From: Corynebacterium amycolatum
Lineage (GTDB): Bacteria > Actinomycetota > Actinomycetes > Mycobacteriales > Mycobacteriaceae
Strand: one strand, 5' to 3'
Length of the DNA stretch: 32,000 bases
Assembly (NCBI RefSeq): GCF_049243625.1
Contig: NZ_CP046975.1
This document shows positions 26,333 to 32,000 of the stretch, piece by piece (position 1 is the first letter of the stretch; every line of letters starts with the position of its first letter). A program made the translations under genes and the position numbers. The notes beneath the pieces were generated by a model, which did not search any database, was not told the DNA's origin, and saw only the letters and a list, made by a program, of their open reading frames with translations.

Positions 26333-27295
26333 ATGGCTAAGACCCTGGACGCCATTCCCAATCTGGTTCCGCTCTACGCCAAGGCAGCTGCTGGTTCGGC
26401 AAAGAAGCGCCCGAACTCCACCGAAATCAAGGTCGATGAACTAGTGGTCAAGGGTGTCACTGTCGATGCCGACCGCGACCAGGACTTCCGCGACGTCGTT
26501 GGCGCCCCGAAGTCTGAGCAAGCGTTCTTCGGCCACATCCACGCCCTAATCATGCCCATTCAGATGGAGCTGATGGCTGGGGACGATTTCCCGCTGCCGA
26601 TGATGGGCCTGGTCCACACCGAGAACACCTACCGCGAAATCTCGCCTGTCACACTCGGCGGCAAGGTTGATATCGCGGTGAAGGTTGCCGCATTCCGCGC
26701 TCACCGCTCGGGCACTGAGGTTGTTCTGGAGTCGACTGTTGCATCGTCCACATCCGGCGCCACCTTGGTCGAGGAGCAATCGGTGTACCTGGCCAAGGGC
26801 GTTCGCCTGAAGGACGCCGAGGGCTTCGAAGAGGTCCAGGCACAGCGTGAGGCCATCAAGTCCGGCGCCGAGACCATCAAGCGTGAGCAGTTTAAGGTCC
26901 CCTTCCCCACCGCTCAGTGGAAGCTGGCTGGCAACACCGGCCGCAAGTGGGCCAAGGTTTCCGGTGACTGGAACCCGATTCACATCACCTCTGTCTCCGC
27001 GAAGGCTCTGGGCATGCCAGCAGCGATTGCACACGGCATGTACACCGCCTCCCGCGCGCTGGCTGAGGCACAGGTTCTGCCGGGTCAGTCGTACGAGTTC
27101 CAGATTTCCTTCGGTGCGCCGGTCGTTCTGCCGACCACCATCAATGTCGCACTCACCCACACCGGTGACGGTGCAGGTGCTGCTCACAACCTGACTGAGG
27201 GCAGCTCCAACATCGGCCGTGCAGTCAACATTGTCGCGTGGGATCGCAAGAAGAAGCGTCCGCACTTCACCGGAAGTGTTCGTCCGCTGAAGTAG
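26333..27295 (+). CDS. MaoC-like (R)-specific hydratase/dehydratase, double hotdog, HtdX-like
   Basis: Hydratase-2 motif VSGDWNPIHITSVSAKALG in the C-terminal hotdog, plus a degenerate N-terminal hotdog. Ribosome-binding site AAGGAGGA. Confidence 0.8.
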   Translation: MAKTLDAIPNLVPLYAKAAAGSAKKRPNSTEIKVDELVVKGVTVDADRDQDFRDVVGAPKSEQAFFGHIHALIMPIQMELMAGDDFPLPMMGLVHTENTYREISPVTLGGKVDIAVKVAAFRAHRSGTEVVLESTVASSTSGATLVEEQSVYLAKGVRLKDAEGFEEVQAQREAIKSGAETIKREQFKVPFPTAQWKLAGNTGRKWAKVSGDWNPIHITSVSAKALGMPAAIAHGMYTASRALAEAQVLPGQSYEFQISFGAPVVLPTTINVALTHTGDGAGAAHNLTEGSSNIGRAVNIVAWDRKKKRPHFTGSVRPLK

Positions 27296-27313
27296 TTGAT
27301 GCGAAAGCGCTGA

Positions 27314-27385
27314 AAAACCGCCGCGCTTTGGAAAACCAGTCTCCTCATCGACTGGGCCTTTCCAAAGCGCGGCGGTTTTGTTTCC
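27314..27385. terminator. strong intrinsic terminator after the htdX-like gene
   Basis: Perfect 21-bp stem AAAACCGCCGCGCTTTGGAAA (27314-27334) pairs with TTTCCAAAGCGCGGCGGTTTT (27359-27379). The stem encloses an inner CCAGT/ACTGG hairpin. A T-rich tail GTTT follows. Confidence 0.88.
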
Positions 27386-27590
27386 CTGTTGTGCTTTTGC
27401 CCAGGGCACGACTGGAGCCCCCTCCGAGAGACACCGCCTCCTCCCTCTCTCCCCCCCCCGGCCGGCAACCCCGCCACTTTCCCGCCTTGAAGATCAGCTG
27501 CTGGGTTTTTCCGCCGTTAATGCAGAGTCGCGGCTTTACTTCGCAATTGCGTGACTAAGCACTTTTCAACCGCATGTAGGCAACGCCTTG

Positions 27591-27637
27591 TTGACACCCC
27601 ATTCACTCCTCTATTTTATGTTCAATCCATTGAACAT
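27591..27637 (+). promoter_or_regulatory. candidate nrdI-nrdF promoter with overlapping palindromic operator
   Basis: Perfect TTGACA (27591-27596). TATTTT, which fits TAnnnT (27612-17), follows after a 15-nt spacer. Then a perfect 9-2-9 palindrome ATGTTCAATccATTGAACAT (27618-27637) directly abuts the AGGAGG ribosome-binding site (27638-43). Confidence 0.5.
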
Positions 27638-27650
27638 AGGAGGTAATCGA

Positions 27651-28115
27651 GTGTCTTCATCATCGAAGACGCCGCTGACTTTCACGGAACTCCCACCGGA
27701 GGAGTCACCCCGAATCGTGTACTTCTCCAGTGCTTCTGAAAACACTCACCGGTTCGTCCAAAAGCTGGCTCAACCAGCAGCACGCATCCCGTTACATCCG
27801 CGAAAAGACGGAATGATTCGCGTTTGCAGCCCATTTGTCCTGATCACACCGACTTATGGTGGCGGATGTCGGCGCCGCGCGGTACCTAAGCAAGTCATCG
27901 CTTTTCTCAACGACGAAACCAACAGGAGTTTCATCCGCGGTGTCATCACCTCGGGCAACACAAATTTCGGCACCGACTTTTGCATAGCCGGAGCCATCAT
28001 TTCTGCAAAATGCCAGGTTCCGGAGCTATACCACTACGAGCTACTGGGGACAGACCACGATGTGGAAAACGTCAAAGAGGGCCTGGAAAAATTCTGGAGG
28101 AGCGCTACTTCTTGA
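27651..28115 (+). CDS. nrdI: flavodoxin-like ribonucleotide reductase activase NrdI
   Basis: [18 protein letters not shown].., ..LITPTYGGG.., ..[11 protein letters not shown]... GTG 27651 lies 7 nt after AGGAGG. The track start at 27588 is the TTG of the -35 region and is rejected. Confidence 0.9.
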   Translation: MSSSSKTPLTFTELPPEESPRIVYFSSASENTHRFVQKLAQPAARIPLHPRKDGMIRVCSPFVLITPTYGGGCRRRAVPKQVIAFLNDETNRSFIRGVITSGNTNFGTDFCIAGAIISAKCQVPELYHYELLGTDHDVENVKEGLEKFWRSATS

Positions 28116-29116
28116 ACATCTACAGCTATTCAACTACGCCACCGTCTTTTCGAAAGGACCCAGCTGCCCGCCTTCGGCCGATCAACTGGAACCGAGTGCA
28201 AGATGACAAAGATCTCGAAGTGTGGAATCGCCTAACAGCAAATTTTTGGCTGCCCGAAAAAGTTCCGCTGTCCAATGACCTTGCAGACTGGCGACGTCTC
28301 ACCGATCTAGAACGCGAGCTGACCATGAAGGTCTTCACCGGACTGACCATGCTCGACACAGTCCAGGCGTCTGTCGGGGAGATTTCCCAAATTCAAGATG
28401 CCCGCACCGAACATGAAGAGGCCGTCTACACGAATATCGCTTTCATGCAAGCAGTGCATGCAAAGTCTTATTCTTCAGTATTTTCTACGCTATCCAATAC
28501 CCCTGACATCGACGCTGCCTACCAATGGGCAGTCGCCAATGACATCCTGCAGGCTCGGTCAAAAGCTGTGCTCAAACACTATTACGGCGACGTTCCACTC
28601 AAGCGAAAGGCGGCAGCAACGCTTCTTTCGTCCTTCTCGCTCTACGCCGGCTTCTACCTCCCGCTGCACTTCGCATCACGTGGCATCCTGACCAATACCG
28701 CCGACATGGTGCGCCTGATTCTGCGTGACAAAGCTGTTCACGGCTATTACTCCGGCTACAAATTCCAGCGAGGCGTAGAAACCTACGACACCGCCACGCA
28801 AACGCAGATGAAGGCTTTCGTCTTCGAACTTCTCGATGATCTATACCAGCTCGAACTGAGGTACTCCGAAGCCCTATACCAACCACTCGGGCTCTACGAC
28901 GACGTTGCCAACTTCATTCGATACAACGCCAACAAAGCGCTCATGAACTTGGGATACCCGCAGCGGTTTAACCATGAAGAGACCGCCTTCAAGCCCGAAA
29001 TTCTCGCCGCCCTCACCCCGGGGTCAGATGAAAACCACGACTTTTTCTCCGGTTCCGGCTCCGCATATGTCATCGGAAAAGCCGAAGACACCGCAGATGA
29101 AGACTGGGATTTCTAA
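28112..29116 (+). CDS. nrdF: class I ribonucleotide reductase beta subunit NrdF with the Gln/Ser/Lys (QSK) metal-site substitutions (class Ie-type)
   Basis: Full-length NrdF homology ([34 protein letters not shown] ... [14 protein letters not shown] ... DEDWDF). The TTG start overlaps the nrdI TGA (TTGA), and GGAGGAG lies about 10 nt upstream. Metal-site positions are D82, Q113 (CAA 28448-50), H116, Y120, S173 (TCG 28628-30), K207 (AAA 28730-32) and H210. Confidence 0.88.
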   Translation: MNIYSYSTTPPSFRKDPAARLRPINWNRVQDDKDLEVWNRLTANFWLPEKVPLSNDLADWRRLTDLERELTMKVFTGLTMLDTVQASVGEISQIQDARTEHEEAVYTNIAFMQAVHAKSYSSVFSTLSNTPDIDAAYQWAVANDILQARSKAVLKHYYGDVPLKRKAAATLLSSFSLYAGFYLPLHFASRGILTNTADMVRLILRDKAVHGYYSGYKFQRGVETYDTATQTQMKAFVFELLDDLYQLELRYSEALYQPLGLYDDVANFIRYNANKALMNLGYPQRFNHEETAFKPEILAALTPGSDENHDFFSGSGSAYVIGKAEDTADEDWDF

Positions 29117-29158
29117 ATCCACGTCTTTCCCCATACATCCTAAGAAAGGAACATTCGC

Positions 29159-29734
29159 ATGACTGCACAGATTTCTATCCTGGTAGGAAGCTTGCGTCGA
29201 GCCTCCTATGCACGAAAGATTGCACTCAAGGCAGCCACGTACTTCCCCGATGACTTCAAAGTCGACATCGTCGAGATTCGTGACCTCCCTCTCTACAACT
29301 TCGACTACGACGACCCCGCAGTGTCCGATATTGCGACTCCCGCGGAATACACCAGTTTCCGGGAAACCATTAAAGCCAGCGATGGCATCCTATTTGTCAC
29401 CCCAGAAAACAACCGCACAATTCCTGCAGCTCTGAAGAATGCCGTTGACATCGGATCTAAGCCCAACGGTGATGTGGCATGGAAGAACCTGCCCGCGGGA
29501 ATTATCAGCCACTCCGTCGGCCGTATGGGAGGTTATAGCTCTCAGAAGAACTTGCGACTCGCGCTGTCGTACTTCGACATGCCGATGCTCGGTCAGCCAG
29601 AGGTCTTCCTGGGACAATCGCCAACACTCATTGACGAACAAGGAGAATTCACGTCGTCAAGCACTGAGGACTTTGTTCGCGACTACATCAACAGATTTGC
29701 AGACCTAGTTCGAGAGCAGAGCCCACGCCACTAA
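29159..29734 (+). CDS. NAD(P)H-dependent FMN reductase (flavodoxin-like fold, YieF/ChrR/SsuE family)
   Basis: ISILVGSLRRASYARK.. phosphate-binding loop, GILFVTPENNRTIPAALKNAVD, and ..GIISHSVGRMGG... ATG follows AAAGGA. It starts 42 nt downstream of nrdF on the same strand. Confidence 0.8.
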   Translation: MTAQISILVGSLRRASYARKIALKAATYFPDDFKVDIVEIRDLPLYNFDYDDPAVSDIATPAEYTSFRETIKASDGILFVTPENNRTIPAALKNAVDIGSKPNGDVAWKNLPAGIISHSVGRMGGYSSQKNLRLALSYFDMPMLGQPEVFLGQSPTLIDEQGEFTSSSTEDFVRDYINRFADLVREQSPRH

Positions 29735-29854
29735 CTGAAATCCCCTAATCAGCGCAGCGTTACTGGGGATATCGCCGTATGAAGATTCTTCACTGACTAG
29801 GATCAAACGCTGCGTTCTCTGCACGGCTAAGCGCTCGTCGTTAGGCTCATTTTC

Positions 29855-30550
29855 ATGACTGTTTCTATCTCGGCCGTGATCGCGCTTAACGACGACCCCC
29901 GCGCCGCTGCGCGGTTTTACGCCGAAGGTTTTCACTCCAACATCAAGCCCAACTCCACCACGCTCACCATCGGCGGGATGGACTTCGAACTCATTGAGAA
30001 CGGGAACCGCCGATTAACCCCCGCTGTGTCTTTTATGGTGCGATTTGCCCCTGGTCAGGAAAACCAGCTACGCAGCCTGTGGGAGCATCTGATGGCGGGT
30101 GATGAAACCATCAGCGGTGGTGCTGCACTCATGCCCCTGACCAGCTACGATTTCTCGCCGCTCTTTGGCTGGTTGGTCGACGGCAATGGGGTCAACTGGC
30201 AACTGATGATTAATTCCTTAACCAGCGGGGCTGCAAGCACGGACTCTGCCGCAAAGACAGCGAATCCCGCCGTTATTCCCTACTTCATGTGGACAGGCGA
30301 CGAACCACAGGCTGCCGCCGCCACCGAGGTATACAACCAACTTTTCGGGTCAGAGAATTTCATGACGCTCGACTCGCCGGGCATGCACAATTTCACCTTC
30401 GGCGACGGTGTGGCGATGCGTCTCTCCAGCGATTCTGCCGAAGAGGTCGAAAGCGCCTGCCAAGCGCTTGGCCTTACAGGCGCTGAGGTTGCCGAGGGCA
30501 CGGAAGCCGTCGTCAAGCCTGACCGATTCGGCGTGTACTGGACGCTCTAG
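29855..30550 (+). CDS. VOC/glyoxalase-superfamily protein, tandem PhnB-like (3-demethylubiquinone methyltransferase-like) halves
   Basis: ..AARFYAEGF.. and ..LFGWLVDGNGVNWQL.. in the first half. ..ATEVYNQLFG.. and ..KPDRFGVYWTL in the second half. This resembles the PhnB-type F-Y...F / GW..D.FG..WQ pattern. Confidence 0.55.
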   Translation: MTVSISAVIALNDDPRAAARFYAEGFHSNIKPNSTTLTIGGMDFELIENGNRRLTPAVSFMVRFAPGQENQLRSLWEHLMAGDETISGGAALMPLTSYDFSPLFGWLVDGNGVNWQLMINSLTSGAASTDSAAKTANPAVIPYFMWTGDEPQAAAATEVYNQLFGSENFMTLDSPGMHNFTFGDGVAMRLSSDSAEEVESACQALGLTGAEVAEGTEAVVKPDRFGVYWTL

Positions 30551-30552
30551 CG

Positions 30553-32000
30553 TTACTTACGGGTCAACGCGATTGTCGCGCCGATGACCAAGACTAGAAG
30601 CACTGTCCCCATAGAGAACCACATCATCTTCGAGGAGCCGTCATCCTCGTTTTCTTCGGTGGTCTTCGGATTCTGCTGGCTACTAGTCGGGGTTTCGCTA
30701 CTTGGCGACTTGTGCGCGACCTGTTCAAAAGCTGGGCCCGGGATCTTCTCGCCGACCAACTCCGTGGTCAGCTGGTAAGTCACCGGGACGTTTTGAACAT
30801 CCGCGACATCGTGGGATTTACCGGCGCCCCAACTGTTGTTGAAGAAGACAACGATGTACTGGTCACCATCCAGCCACGCTCTTTCAGCCTCGTAATCGCC
30901 CGACTTTTCGCCATCTTCGCCGATCCGATTGCGGTAGTTAATCCGGGCCGAGTTACCAAATGTTGTCTCTTCGCCAATCTGGTGTTCATTTACCGGACGG
31001 CTTTCCTCGCTACCGGCGAGCTGGCGTGCCGAATTCAGCGTCTTGATATCCAGGCCGGAGATTTGTGCAAGCTTGTCCGCTTCTGGGGCGTCAATGAGTT
31101 TGACGGCGCCGCGGAGCTGCTGCCCATACTCGGACTTGATCTTGTACACGTGCGTCTCACCAGGAACAATGTCGGCCGTGACGCTGCTGATGTTGTCGGC
31201 AGTAAGTTCCGTGGCGTCATCGAACCACGAACCTGGGGTGACCTTCTTAGCCTGATCTGCTTCCGGCGTCGCGGGCGGAGGGTTCAAGCTCTCCTTGTCG
31301 GACGGGAACGCCTCCGGCACATCAGTCAGGTTTTCGTTGGCGAAACGCTTGATGATCACTTCTGCAGGAATGTCCTGACCTTCGAAGGGGCCTCCTTTTC
31401 GGGCCACGGAGAACACCATATTGCCCGACTTACAGTCCCCCTCCGCTCCTCCGGGCTGCTTGGTTGTTATCGATGCGAAAAAGGGGCCATTGGAGTCGAT
31501 GATGCCATTGCCGAAATCATTGGCAAGGAAGCAACTGCTGTCGTCCAAATGCATAGTGAGCGCGAAGTTGCGGATATCTAGGTCCATCAAAGTCGCGCCT
31601 GACGACGCTCCCGGCAACGTGGCCGCACTAATTGCAAGCCGCTCTCCCTCAGCGACCGGGACGGAGAAGTACTCAGCACCGTCGCCTTCCTGATTACTGA
31701 TGCTGCGCTCGGACTCAGGAGTCTTTTCCCGCAGCTTGGTCGAGAACGTTTCCACGTCGGCAGGCACCTGGGTAGCGCTCGTAGGAGCGTCGCCGCCCTG
31801 TATCTCTTGCGCGCTGGACTGCGCGGTGCGTGCGGTGCGGGTCGCCAGCGTCTTCATGGACTCAGCCAGCGAATCGGAGTCCTGGGCGTCTAGGTACTCG
31901 CCGCCTGTGGCCTCAGCAATGCACTCAAGTTCAGCACGTGCGCCCGCATCAACGAGGAAACCAACTGTGTTGATGACCAGATCAATGCCCTGCTGCTTGA
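30553..32000 (-). CDS. VWA-domain protein with C-terminal TM anchor (N-terminus outside the window)
   Basis: The reading frame stays open upstream of the track Met to the window edge. It reads ..KQQGIDLVINTVGFLVDAGARAELECIAEATGGEYLDAQDSDSLAESMKT.., typical of the end of a von Willebrand A domain. The C-terminus has an S/T/P-rich linker and the TM segment MMWFSMGTVLLVLVIGATIAL. Confidence 0.6.
   Translation of the reverse strand, partial: KQQGIDLVINTVGFLVDAGARAELECIAEATGGEYLDAQDSDSLAESMKTLATRTARTAQSSAQEIQGGDAPTSATQVPADVETFSTKLREKTPESERSISNQEGDGAEYFSVPVAEGERLAISAATLPGASSGATLMDLDIRNFALTMHLDDSSCFLANDFGNGIIDSNGPFFASITTKQPGGAEGDCKSGNMVFSVARKGGPFEGQDIPAEVIIKRFANENLTDVPEAFPSDKESLNPPPATPEADQAKKVTPGSWFDDATELTADNISSVTADIVPGETHVYKIKSEYGQQLRGAVKLIDAPEADKLAQISGLDIKTLNSARQLAGSEESRPVNEHQIGEETTFGNSARINYRNRIGEDGEKSGDYEAERAWLDGDQYIVVFFNNSWGAGKSHDVADVQNVPVTYQLTTELVGEKIPGPAFEQVAHKSPSSETPTSSQQNPKTTEENEDDGSSKMMWFSMGTVLLVLVIGATIALTRK

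Noticed and set aside
27451-27459. C9 homopolymer (and the C8 run at 14683-14690) as phase-variation switches
   Set aside because: Both are intergenic and not positioned between recognisable -35/-10 elements or inside a CDS. There is no evidence for slipped-strand regulation from a single sequence.
27588-27650. N-terminal extension of nrdI from TTG 27588
   Set aside because: The TTG is part of the TTGTTGACA -35 region. The extension would cross the palindrome and the AGGAGG ribosome-binding site. GTG 27651 with a 7-nt spacing is far more plausible.
27540-27650. NrdR boxes upstream of nrdI
   Set aside because: I looked for the tandem 16-bp acaCwAtATaTwGtgt-type boxes expected at nrd promoters and found nothing resembling them. 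The palindromes present have different sequences.
29735-29854. Intrinsic terminator between the FMN reductase and the VOC gene
   Set aside because: Only weak stems are present: ATCCCC/GGGGAT with a 20-nt loop, and CGCAGCGTT/AACGCTGCG about 40 nt apart. No U-tract follows. This is insufficient to call a terminator.

Overview
The window reads as chromosomal DNA from a high-GC actinobacterium. Gene content and order look like Corynebacterium (Mycobacteriales). This rests on my recollection of C. glutamicum and M. tuberculosis gene order, not on a database search.

Most of the window is tightly packed core metabolism:
- a dus 3' end, then phoU convergent with pstSCAB
- mshD and a DUF2993/LmeA-like protein
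- nitrobindin, a class IV aminotransferase, ygfZ and DUF3073
- purM and purF, an Rv0807-like protein, and a double-hotdog thioesterase
- a membrane protein and an NlpC/P60- or CHAP-like peptidase
- a minus-strand run of purC, ptrB, bluB, DUF2334 and gpx
- a colinear fadA2-like, fabG4-like and htdX-like operon

I saw no rRNA, tRNA, CRISPR array or transposase.

The most unusual part is 27.6-29.7 kb. It is a visibly lower-GC cassette carrying nrdI, nrdF and an NADPH:FMN reductase, with no nrdE or nrdH nearby. In its NrdF, three of the four metal-binding carboxylates are replaced at exactly conserved spacing: Glu to Gln113, Glu to Ser173 and Glu to Lys207. That is the 'QSK' signature of the metal-free, DOPA-radical class Ie ribonucleotide reductases. 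The cassette has its own TTGACA promoter. A perfect 20-bp palindrome lies between the -10 element and the ribosome-binding site.

Other observations:
- a family of roughly 70-bp inverted-repeat elements sharing the terminus AGT(G/TACT)GACNNNGTTTATG, found in two convergent intergenic regions
- a degenerate CTGGGTGTTG-type repeat array downstream of phoU
- structured RNA between pstS and pstC
- several translationally coupled or zero-spacer gene junctions

Long antisense ORFs in the six-frame track are treated as GC-driven shadow ORFs.
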